From Promethearchaeota archaeon (GTDB taxonomy: Archaea; Asgardarchaeota; Lokiarchaeia; Sigyniarchaeales; SOKP01): a stretch of DNA of 64,000 nt. Of the stretch, positions 10,717 through 20,007 are shown piece by piece. The position numbers and the translations under genes were made by a program. Under the pieces are notes generated by a model. That model made no database searches and was not told the origin of the DNA. It worked only from the letters and a program-made list of their open reading frames with translations. The stretch spans positions 9,478-73,477 of the forward strand of contig JAHPZI010000018.1 in the NCBI GenBank assembly GCA_019058295.1, read 5' to 3'. Every line of letters begins with the position of its first letter. The stretch's first letter is position 1.

Positions 10717-11844
10717 TCATTCAATAAATTGTTTAATTTTAATAGGTTTCCCTCTCGAACGAGCTGATTGAGATGCAGCCATTCCCGCTATACAGAAATT
10801 TGCCCCGATTTTCGCATGTATTGGTGATTTTTTATTTTTTTCAATTGCGGTTAGCCACTCATTCATAATCCGAGTTGAAGCCCCATAATGAAGACCATCT
10901 AAAGGTGGAACAATTTCAGCTAATTGATCTTTATCAATTTTTTTTGATCTTCCTTTTCTATGGAGATTTTTCGTGATTTTATGCCCATCTGCCAGGAAAA
11001 ATTTACCTGGTTTACCAATTTGATAGCATTCATAGGTTCCCGTCCTACCAACAACTTGGATTATAAGGCGATTAGGCTCCCGGGCAAAAATGTATGCATT
11101 GGCACATTTCGCAATTGCTCCCGTTTCGGTTCTAAATAGTCCTACATGAAACGCTTTAGCAGGATTGCATATAGCCTTCCCTTCAAATCCCCCAATATCA
11201 TTTGAATAGCTTACTACTTCTATAAAGGGCATAGGAGTCTCAATACCACCCATAGCAACTTGAGCAGGACCAATAGAATGAGCATACATTAAAGGATCAA
11301 ACTGCTGATACCAAGAGTCCACACGTGGGACATCAATATCCCCGTGTCTTTCTTCTCTCCATCGATAAGTAACATCATGTAGATATTCAGATTCTGCATA
11401 TACAATTGGACCAATTTTTCCAGATGAAGCAAGATAACCTGCGTATAATACCTCGGAAAAAAAGCAATAATTTTCTCCTAAGAGATATATTTTTCCTGAT
11501 TGTTCTTCAGCAGCGATAATTTTCTCAAGATATTTTTCCTCTATTGCCATTGGTACTTCAGAAAACACGTGTAAACCAGCCTCCAATGCAGCAACAGCTT
11601 GTTCTGCATGAAATCGTGGTGGACTACTAATAATTATAGCATCAAGTTCGGGAGTATCCAGAAAATCATCAAATGACTCAGCTGCTTTAATCTCATTTAA
11701 TTCCTTTAATTTTTGAGTAGCTTCTGGATTTGGATCAAATCCTGCAATTAGGATGGAGCGTCCTTGAAGTATTGGAAATTTCGAAAGCTCCATTACATGA
11801 CTGAAACCATTAAGTCCATACCCTACTAATCCATAATTTATCAT
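10717..11844 (-). CDS. Gfo/Idh/MocA family oxidoreductase
   Basis: GLVGYG, SPPRFHAEQ, SEVP, GENYCF, YAESEYLH. Confidence 0.88.
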   Translation of the reverse strand: MINYGLVGYGLNGFSHVMELSKFPILQGRSILIAGFDPNPEATQKLKELNEIKAAESFDDFLDTPELDAIIISSPPRFHAEQAVAALEAGLHVFSEVPMAIEEKYLEKIIAAEEQSGKIYLLGENYCFFSEVLYAGYLASSGKIGPIVYAESEYLHDVTYRWREERHGDIDVPRVDSWYQQFDPLMYAHSIGPAQVAMGGIETPMPFIEVVSYSNDIGGFEGKAICNPAKAFHVGLFRTETGAIAKCANAYIFAREPNRLIIQVVGRTGTYECYQIGKPGKFFLADGHKITKNLHRKGRSKKIDKDQLAEIVPPLDGLHYGASTRIMNEWLTAIEKNKKSPIHAKIGANFCIAGMAASQSARSRGKPIKIKQFIE

Positions 11845-11970
11845 TATAAAATTATTAAATCTATATTAATTGAGACTAATAATAATTATAGATTATAATA
11901 TGCTAAAAGTTAATTGATTAAAAAAAATATAATTCTCAATAATTAAAGTTATTTACATCAAGAATGAAAT

Positions 11971-12888
11971 ATGATCTTTGTAGAAAAATTAATTGAACTA
12001 ATCAAAGAGAAGAAAAGTGTTGTTTGTATGGGGCTTGATCCCCGAATGGACGACAGAGGGCAAATTCCTAAGTACTTAGTTGATGATCTTAATGAACCAA
12101 ACGAAATTATCACAGAATTCAATAAAACCTTAATTGATAATGCATACGATTTAATCCCAATTATTAAACCTCAAATTGCCTTCTATGAAAAATATGAAGC
12201 ATTAAGCGCTTTAAAAGAAACTATAAACTATGCTCATAAAAAAGACTTATTAGTAATTTTAGATTCTAAGAGAAATGATATTGGATCAACTTCTGAAGCA
12301 TATGCTCATTCTAATTTTAAAGTATATGGTGCTGATGCTTGCACTGTAAATGCTTATTTTGGAATTGATGGCGTCCAACCTTTTTTGGACTATAAAGATA
12401 AAGGCGTATTTATTCTCGTAAAGACTTCAAATCCAAGCAGTCGAGAATTTCAAAATATTTTTAGTGCTGAGATAAGAGGCATTCCTGATACTCAAATTGA
12501 GATGATTGCAAAAGAGATAAAATTAGAGCGAAATTATATCTATATGGCAAGATTGGTGAATAAATGGGGTAAAAATTTAACAGATTTTTCCGGATATCAT
12601 AATCTTGGTGTAGTTGTTGGTGCTACTTATCCTGATGAATTAAAACAAATCAGAGAGATACTAAAAAATTCATTTATTTTAATTCCTGGGTATGGTGCTC
12701 AAGGGGCTCAAGCAAAAGATATTAAATATGGTTTTAATGATGATGGTTTAGGGGGAATTGTAAATTCATCACGAAAAATAATGTTTGCTTACCACTATAG
12801 GAAAATAAAACCAACAGAGTATGCTAAGGCTGCAAGAGAAGAAATTATTGATATGAACATAAAAATAAATAAAGAAATAGGAATCTAA
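11971..12888 (+). CDS. pyrF: Orotidine-5'-phosphate decarboxylase
   Basis: CMGLDP, KPQIAFYE, LDSKRNDIGST, VVGATYP, LIPGYGAQG, VNSSR. Confidence 0.96.
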   Translation: MIFVEKLIELIKEKKSVVCMGLDPRMDDRGQIPKYLVDDLNEPNEIITEFNKTLIDNAYDLIPIIKPQIAFYEKYEALSALKETINYAHKKDLLVILDSKRNDIGSTSEAYAHSNFKVYGADACTVNAYFGIDGVQPFLDYKDKGVFILVKTSNPSSREFQNIFSAEIRGIPDTQIEMIAKEIKLERNYIYMARLVNKWGKNLTDFSGYHNLGVVVGATYPDELKQIREILKNSFILIPGYGAQGAQAKDIKYGFNDDGLGGIVNSSRKIMFAYHYRKIKPTEYAKAAREEIIDMNIKINKEIGI

Positions 12889-12913
12889 ACATTTAGTTTA
12901 GGAATTTAAAATT

Positions 12914-13330
12914 TTAGGTTGGAATAAATTGAACTATCAACGCAATGATAGAAAATGAAACGATTAAAAAAGGAGCCACCATTAATCCAAAGACGAGCAA
13001 TGCTCGTTTTATTCCAAGTCGGTGAAGAATATTTAAAATATTAACCTCCATAAATAATACTAAAACTAAAAATATAATTATTAAAATTATTTCAGGACCT
13101 TGTTCTCCAAAAGCACCTGAGAGACCCAAGAATATCAAAGGAAGGCCAATAAAAAAGAACATTCCAACTTGAATTCCAAAACTTCCTAAAAGCCATTTAA
13201 ATCCGGTTCTAGTTTCAGCTTTGCTAATTACTAATCCAATTTTTAACAAAATTAATCCTACTATGAAAGCTATAATAATTACATAAATTATTACTATGAC
13301 CCAGTATGGTCCACCATTTTGAAGTAACAT
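12914..13330 (-). CDS. Hypothetical 4-TM membrane protein
   Basis: Four hydrophobic segments; no recognised motif. Confidence 0.65.
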   Translation of the reverse strand: MLLQNGGPYWVIVIIYVIIIAFIVGLILLKIGLVISKAETRTGFKWLLGSFGIQVGMFFFIGLPLIFLGLSGAFGEQGPEIILIIIFLVLVLFMEVNILNILHRLGIKRALLVFGLMVAPFLIVSFSIIALIVQFIPT

Positions 13331-13539
13331 ACTACAAGTAATTCTTTAAAAATTAGTAAATTTTATTTTTAAATTAAATTTTGTTTCTTAACTTATAAAA
13401 CATATAAGCAAAATTTTTGATTTAAATTTATTTTTTCACAATTAGATATTTTATATTACATTGTGTATTTAAATTCTTAATTATATTTTACAATAATTTA
13501 AGGAGGAATAACCAAAAAATTAGAAAGGAATGATTTGCA

Positions 13540-15519
13540 ATGGTAGAAACTAAAAGCGATATTTCTAAAGATAACGAGGAAATTCGAATTTTCGTTGCTG
13601 TCTGTCAATGAGGAATTAACATTAGCGAGATTATAGACTGTACTGCTCTTGTAGAATTCTCAAAGACGCTTCCGAATGTTGTTGAGGCCTCAGAATATAT
13701 TAGTCTTTGCACAGAACCGGGCGCTGAGTTTATAAAAGAAAAAATGACTGAAAGTAATGCAAATAGATTAATAGTAGCCTCTTGTACTCCAAAAACTCAC
13801 GAACCTGTTTTTAAGAGTGTATTAGAATCAATGGATTTGGACTCCTCCTACTTAGAATTTGTAAATATCCGTGAACATTCAAGCTTTGTACATCGTAATG
13901 ATAAACCAGGAGCCCAAAAAGTAGCTGAAGACGCAATTAGGTCTGCAGTTGCCAGAGCTGCAGTTTTAGAACCTATTTTGGTAAAAGAAGTTGATATTAC
14001 TAAGAAGGCCTTAATAATTGGTGGTGGAGTTGCGGGTTTAACGGCTGGAATTGATTTAGCAGAGCAAGGTTTTGAAGTCCACTTAGTTGAAAAAAACCCT
14101 ACTATAGGAGGAAAAATGGCTAAATTAGATCGTACATTTCCAACAGACGATTGTAGCATATGAATTCTTGGTCCAGTAATGCTTCAGTCTGCTAGAACTC
14201 CAGGGCTCAATCTTTACACTTATAGTGAGCTAGAAGATGTAGAAGGATTTATTGGTAATTTTAAAGTAAAAATAAGAAGGAAGGCTCGATATGTTACAAA
14301 TGATTGTAATGGATGTGGGGCATGCTTTGAGGTATGTCCTGCGTTTGGATATAACGAGTTTAACGAGGGAATGGATCCAAGAAAAGCTATTTATGTCTCG
14401 TTTGCTCAAGCTGTTCCATCATTAGCACAAATTGATATGGATCGCTGTATAAGATGTGAATTATGTACAAATGCATGCGAACTTGAAGCTATAGATTTTA
14501 ATCAAGAAGATGAAATTATTGAGCTAGAAGTTGGTTCAATTATAGTTGCTACAGGTTGGGATGAATATATACCTGAAACCGGCTATTTAGGTTATAATAT
14601 CTATCCGAATGTAATCACAGAGTTACAACTCGAAAGAATATTAGCACCGAATGGACCGACTATAGGGCATCTTGTTAGACCATCTGATGGTAAACGACCC
14701 AAAAGAATTTTATTTATTCAATGCGTAGGATCACGGGATTTAAACAAAAATACCTATTGTAGTGCTGGAGTCTGTTGTATGATTGCAATTAAAAATACGA
14801 AACTAATCAAACAACATTATCCAGATACAGAAATCGATGTTGCTTACATGGATATACGGGCTGCTGGAAAAGATTACGAAGAATATTTTACAGCATCTAG
14901 AAAAGAAGGGATAAGATATATTAGAACAAACATCTCTAAATTAAAAGATGATCCTTTAACTGGTAATATTAAAGTCATAATGCAAAATACGCTAAGAGAA
15001 TCGCTTGGATTAAAAGAAATGGAATATGATTTAGTTGTTTTATCTGCGTCAATGATGCCTGCCCAAGGAATTGGAAAAATCGAAAAAATGCTAAAACTTG
15101 AAACAAGCCAAGATGGATTCTTCAAGGAGTTTCATTCGAGATTAAATCCTATTGACACAAAAATACCTGGTATTGCGCTTGCAGGGGTTGCTCAAGGACC
15201 TAAATCTATCGCTGAATCTATTGCACATGGGAGAGCTGCGGCTTCGTCTTTAGCTAGGTTAATGTCTAAAGATAAGTATCGTATACTCTTAATTCGAGCA
15301 ACTGTTGATAAAGAAAAGTGTGCTAAATGCGGTTTATGTGAATTGAACTGCCCTTACATGGCAATTACTATAAATGATGACGGAGCTGAAGTAAACGAGA
15401 TACTATGTAGAGGATGCGGATCATGCTTAGCAAACTGTCCTTCTGAAGCTATAACCCTCAGATATTATCGAGAACCTCAATATGAAAAACAAATAGATGC
15501 AATATTAGAAGAGATTTAG
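13540..15519 (+). CDS. hdrA: Heterodisulfide reductase subunit A-like flavoprotein, selenoprotein with two Sec (UGA 13609-13611 and 14161-14163), 659 aa
   Basis: One frame from ATG 13540 joins track ORFs 13744..14163 and 14179..15519. UGAs fall at conserved Cys positions: VAVCQ-U-GINI (HdrA CxCGxNI) and DRTFPTDDCSI-U-ILGP. Also GGGVAG FAD motif, ferredoxin CxxCxxC motifs, QCVGSRD. Confidence 0.95.
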
Positions 15520-15520
15520 A

Positions 15521-16006
15521 GTGGTGATAAAAATAACAATAAATAATGAGAGTAAGATTCTGGCTTTTTTATGCTGGAAATGAGGTTATGGCGCCGGAGA
15601 TATGGCTGGAACAATTCGAGCTCAATATCCTGCGACAATTAGACCTATAAGAATTAATTGTACCGGAAGAGTAACACCTAGTTTAATCATGAGAACAATT
15701 GGAAAAGGCGCTGATGGTGTAATGATTGCTGGATGATACAAAGGTGAGTGTGATTATGAAACCGGGAATTTAGTTGCTGAAAGAAATGTAGAATATGTAA
15801 AGAATATCTTGAAGGCAACTGGAATATCACCTGAAAGAATTCAAATGGTTCACTGTAGTGCAGCTGAAGGGCAAGTATTTCAAAATGAAGTAATTCGGAT
15901 TTCAGAAATAATTGAAAATTTAGGCAGCAATCCCTTGAAAGAGTCTTTATCTTCACATCCTGAAGCTAAGGATTCCGAAAAAGGTAAAAAAAATAAAACC
16001 GAATAG
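15521..16006 (+). CDS. mvhD: MvhD/VhuD [2Fe-2S] hydrogenase delta subunit, selenoprotein with two Sec (UGA 15581-15583 and 15734-15736); exact start uncertain (GTG 15521/15524 or ATA 15533)
   Basis: Read-through translation KILAFLCWK-U-GYGAGDMAGTIRAQYP...NCTGRV...GADGVMIAG-U-YKGECDYETGN...GISPERI...SAAEG matches the MvhD pattern with both UGAs at Cys ligand positions. Confidence 0.93.
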
Positions 16007-16065
16007 AATGAATATCCAATAAAAATTGTAGATTGGATATGACTGACCCATAGCATGGGATTCGG
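15999..16065 (+). ncRNA. Eukaryote-like SECIS element in the 3' UTR of hdrA-mvhD
   Basis: AUGA (16008-16011), 9-bp stem AUAUCCAAU/AUUGGAUAU, apical loop starting AAAAA, then GA (16041-16042) completing the tandem G.A core; outer helix CCGAAU (15999-16004)/AUUCGG (16060-16065) enclosing a CCCAU-AGC-AUGGG hairpin. Confidence 0.85.
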
Positions 16066-16181
16066 AAAAAATAGCATTAATTTATATTAATTAAAATAAG
16101 TATTTTATATCCCGAAGCTCAGGTTTCATGGGAATATCTAAAAACAATTTCATATACATTAGATTCATACCGAGTCAAAAA

Positions 16182-16505
16182 TTATAATTTGAATTCCTTA
16201 TTTAATATATTGATGACGATGGCGTGTTCTTCTTCATCTAAGTCTTTTAAATCCCTAGACTGATTATATTCAATAAAAAGTTCTTTTGTATTTTTTTCTT
16301 TGTTTTTATTTTTTAATTCTGCTCCACATTTTTGGCAGAATTTGCTAAAGCCACGATTTTTTGAATGACATATAGGGCAAGAAATTATCATACTTTTCTT
16401 TTTAAAATCTTCTACCAAATTCTCAAAACGTTCTCGATAGTATTCTTTTGGACTCTTACCCCTCAACTCCTCAATTCCGGTTATCCAATTTATTTTTGCT
16501 TCCAT
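16182..16505 (-). CDS. Zinc-ribbon protein
   Basis: CPICHSKNRGFSKFCQKCG; GAGGTGA RBS upstream. Confidence 0.75.
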   Translation of the reverse strand: MEAKINWITGIEELRGKSPKEYYRERFENLVEDFKKKSMIISCPICHSKNRGFSKFCQKCGAELKNKNKEKNTKELFIEYNQSRDLKDLDEEEHAIVINILNKEFKL

Positions 16506-16552
16506 AGCATTTTTTCACCTCAATTAAATAAAAATAAAAAAATCAATTTCTG

Positions 16553-16711
16553 TTAAATTTTGCTTTCTTTTTCTGTTTTAATAGAGTTCTTTAGTAGATC
16601 TACACCGCAATAAGAACAGATATTTTGCTCATTTTCTTTAAATTCAGATAATAAGGAGCCACAATAAAAACAAGATCTAACCTTATTTTTATTTACTTTA
16701 ATATTTATCAC
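16553..16711 (-). CDS. Small zinc-ribbon protein (~49-52 aa, below ORF-track cutoff)
   Basis: My translation: KVNKNKVRSCFYCGSLLSEFKENEQNICSYCGVDLLKNSIKTEKESKI*; two CxxCG knuckles; AGGTGAT RBS; start GTG 16711 or ATT 16702. Confidence 0.65.
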   Translation of the reverse strand: MINIKVNKNKVRSCFYCGSLLSEFKENEQNICSYCGVDLLKNSIKTEKESKI

Positions 16712-17084
16712 CTATATGTAAATAATAAAATCTTTAATTAGATAAAAGAGATTTAGAAATTTAAATAATCTGTAGTCCAATTCTTGTCTAAATCTATAAT
16801 TATAAAAGATATACTTAATTAATATAAGTATTTTCACTCAAATAATTTTAAAATATAAAATTTTTGAGTAAAAACTTATTAAGTTTTTATTAATGGTTAG
16901 AACTTAAGAAATCTTATATCTTAATAGATAATAATATCAGATTATCAATAAGGTCGACTGAGTAGAATAATAAACCTAATAAAAAAGACCAAAAATTTAC
17001 GCTTTCACACTAAAAATTTTATATAATTATTTTAATTCATAATTTTAACACTAAAGATTAGTGTAAAACTTATAAGTATTTAAT

Positions 17085-18395
17085 ATGCCTAAAGATCCTC
17101 TTATAGAAGCTGAAAAAAAGTTAAGTAAAGCAGAGTTATTTTTTAATGCTGATCAATTTAAAAAAGCGGGAAAATTATTCAATTCCGCAGCAGATTCATT
17201 TTTTAAACAAAAAGAATATAACTTAGCAAGGGAATGTTATAATAATGCGGCAAGTTCTTTTATTCATTTAAAAAGATACAGCCTCGCAATTGGAGCCTTA
17301 AGAAATGCAGGTGATTGTTCTTTATTTATTAACGAATACTCCGATGCGAATAGATTTTTCAAGAAAGTTATTAATTACCTACCTAATTATAAGAAAACGG
17401 CAGATCGTGATTATCTTTACATCCTATTTTCATCCTTATCGTATTTATGTTTATTTGTTGAAGGGAAACAAGACCAAGGATTAGATTTTATTAAACAAAT
17501 AAAAAAAAACGTAGATAGTGGATTTTTTAAGGAATCTCCAACCATTAGTCTTGTAAAGAATTTAACAATAGCGGTCCGAGATAAAAACAAAGATTATCTT
17601 GATAAGGTAATTAAGAGTTTTAAAAAATATGATTTTCATATAGTTGAAGAAAAACTTTTAAGAGAAGTATTGGTGGCAGCTAAATCAATTCTCTCTTTAG
17701 AAATAAAATTAAGCCTTGATAAAGAACAATACACTACTAAGGATATAATAAATTTAAAGATAGATCTAAATACACAACCTTTATTAGAGATTTCTCAAAA
17801 TTCTTTTTATAATTATAATATTGAGAGAATAAAAGTTACAAACATTGGGTTAAACCTTTCTGAAAATATTATTGCTCAAAAAAAACCTAATCTACCAGTA
17901 ACAATAAATGCTGGTGAGAGTTATCAGTTCGAAATTCTCTTAAAGTCCCACTTTCAAGTTGATGAGCCTTTTATTGGCCCTATTTCTTTAAATTGCGAGA
18001 TGGACGATAAATTCATGTTTCTGCTTCAAGAAAAAGAAGCCATAAAACCAAATATAATATCTCCTCCTCCTTCATTAGATATTTCTATAAAAAATCTGAG
18101 ACCTCCGTTAATCAGTCAAACATTTCCGTTAGAAATCTTAATCGAGAATAATAGTCAGGGAGATGCTCTCGAACTTAATATTAATATTGACTTCCCTAAA
18201 GAACTTAAAATAATGAGAGGTACAACTAAAAAGCAAGTATATTATCTTAGTTCAAACGATAATATAAAGTGGGAAATTAATCTTAAACCTCTTGAAGCAG
18301 GGGATTATATTATAAAAATGGATATAAGTTTTAAAGACCCCGATCAAAATTTAGTTGAAGAACAAAAAACCTTTCCATTTTCAATAAAATTATAA
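17085..18395 (+). CDS. TPR/SNAP-like alpha-solenoid fused to C-terminal Ig-like beta-sandwich domain(s)
   Basis: N-terminal Ala-rich helical repeats (AEKKLSKA..AGKLFNSAADSF..ARECYNNAASSF); C-terminal alternating beta pattern (LEILIENNSQGDA..WEINLKPLEAGDYII). Confidence 0.6.
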   Translation: MPKDPLIEAEKKLSKAELFFNADQFKKAGKLFNSAADSFFKQKEYNLARECYNNAASSFIHLKRYSLAIGALRNAGDCSLFINEYSDANRFFKKVINYLPNYKKTADRDYLYILFSSLSYLCLFVEGKQDQGLDFIKQIKKNVDSGFFKESPTISLVKNLTIAVRDKNKDYLDKVIKSFKKYDFHIVEEKLLREVLVAAKSILSLEIKLSLDKEQYTTKDIINLKIDLNTQPLLEISQNSFYNYNIERIKVTNIGLNLSENIIAQKKPNLPVTINAGESYQFEILLKSHFQVDEPFIGPISLNCEMDDKFMFLLQEKEAIKPNIISPPPSLDISIKNLRPPLISQTFPLEILIENNSQGDALELNINIDFPKELKIMRGTTKKQVYYLSSNDNIKWEINLKPLEAGDYIIKMDISFKDPDQNLVEEQKTFPFSIKL

Positions 18396-18451
18396 GTGAT
18401 TTTTTTTTTATATCTCTAGTTCTTAAAAACATAATAAAAGGTCGATGATAT

Positions 18452-19981
18452 ATCAAGCTTGTAGTAAAGAAAATCAATTTTGAAACTGGCACCACTAAGG
18501 ATGTTATCATTAATGCTAATGATGCGAAAAAACTCAATTTAAAAGCTGGAGATCGTATTAATATAAAAAATCCTGAATCTAAGTCTATAGATGACAAATA
18601 TCGCGTTGCAATTATACAGATTGCTTATTCAGATTCTATTGTAGCTCCGGGTGAAATTGGCATTTTCATAGATACTATTAAAGAGATTCAAAATAATACG
18701 GAAGTTTCAATACGGCCAATAGATCCTCCAGATTCCTTTAAATTCATAAAGAAAAAAATTAATGGATTAAAATTAACTAGTGAGGAAATTAATAGGATCA
18801 TTTCAGATTCAGTTTCAGGTCATCTTTCTCCAATTGAATTAGCTTCATTTATTACAGGTGTTTCTATAAATGGTATGGATAACGAAGAGATGACAGCTTT
18901 GACTCTAGCAGAAACTAAAAGTGGAAATACCTTTGATTTTGGTCCTGAAGTCTATGATAAACATTCAACAGGCGGAGTCCCCGGTAATAAAGTTAGTCTA
19001 ATTATCGTTCCAATTGTTGCTACTGCTGGGTTGACTATTCCCAAGACAAGTACTCGTGCAATTACATCACCGTCGGGAACTGCTGATAGTATGGAAGCGT
19101 TGGCACCTGTTGCTTTTGATTCAGAGGAGTTAAAGAAAATTGTTTCTAAATTAAAAGCTTGCATTGTCTGGGGGGGTGCTCTTGATTTGGCTCCAGCAGA
19201 TAATATCATGATTGAAATCGAACGACCACTGCGGATGGATCCATTCGGTTTGATGATTCCCTCTATATTGACGAAAAAGCTATCTGTTGGCGTAAAAAAA
19301 ATAGTCTTAGATATTCCAGTTGGACCAGGGACAAAATTTACGACCCCCAACGATGGAAAGAAATTCGCTCATTTGTTTAAAGAAATAGCTAAAAATGTTG
19401 GTCTTGAGGCAGAATGTGCGCTAACTTTAGCCCATCAACCTATTGGTCATAGTATTGGACCTGCAATTGAAGCTAAGGAAGCCTTAACTTTGCTTAGAGA
19501 TTATAATGCGGGTCCTAATTCCTTAATTGAAAAATCAACTTCTTTAGCGGGAATAATTCTTGAAATGGGGGGAAAAGCGGAAAAAGGACAGGGTCAAAGT
19601 TTAGCAAAGGAGATCCTGCGATCCGGGAAGGCTTACGAAAAAATGAAGCAAATTATTGAAGTTCAGGGAGGTGATCCCAACATTCTGCCTGAAGATATTA
19701 AATTAGGGACTTATGAGAGAGAATTTTACTCCACTAAGGAAGGACATATTACAGATGTAAACAACGCAATTATCAATCAAATAGCTAAAGCAGCTGGCTG
19801 TCCAAATTCAAAAACTTCTGGTGTATATATCTTTAAGAAACAAGGAGCTAGAGTTAAAGAAGGGGAAATAATTTTCAAGGTCTATTCGAACAGTCAATCC
19901 AATTTGAAAAGGGCAGAAAAAATTTATAATTCCACAGGCGGACCTGTTATCCTAGGTGGAATGATAATTGAGACGATTTAA
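18452..19981 (+). CDS. deoA: AMP phosphorylase (archaeal thymidine phosphorylase family), ~509 aa, apparent ATC start
   Basis: DKHSTGGVPGNK, PKTSTRAITSPSGTAD motifs. The frame is open from 18449, giving the expected N-domain IKLVVKKINFETG..IINANDAKKLNLKAGDRI; the track start at 18875 truncates it. Confidence 0.92.
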   Translation: MKLVVKKINFETGTTKDVIINANDAKKLNLKAGDRINIKNPESKSIDDKYRVAIIQIAYSDSIVAPGEIGIFIDTIKEIQNNTEVSIRPIDPPDSFKFIKKKINGLKLTSEEINRIISDSVSGHLSPIELASFITGVSINGMDNEEMTALTLAETKSGNTFDFGPEVYDKHSTGGVPGNKVSLIIVPIVATAGLTIPKTSTRAITSPSGTADSMEALAPVAFDSEELKKIVSKLKACIVWGGALDLAPADNIMIEIERPLRMDPFGLMIPSILTKKLSVGVKKIVLDIPVGPGTKFTTPNDGKKFAHLFKEIAKNVGLEAECALTLAHQPIGHSIGPAIEAKEALTLLRDYNAGPNSLIEKSTSLAGIILEMGGKAEKGQGQSLAKEILRSGKAYEKMKQIIEVQGGDPNILPEDIKLGTYEREFYSTKEGHITDVNNAIINQIAKAAGCPNSKTSGVYIFKKQGARVKEGEIIFKVYSNSQSNLKRAEKIYNSTGGPVILGGMIIETI

Positions 19982-20007
19982 GATTTTAACTTAATTTAAA
20001 AATCTAT

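Noticed and set aside
13540-16006. hdrA/mvhD as nonsense-mutated pseudogenes
   Set aside because: All four stops are TGA, all at conserved Cys positions, with no frameshifts and a SECIS-like hairpin downstream
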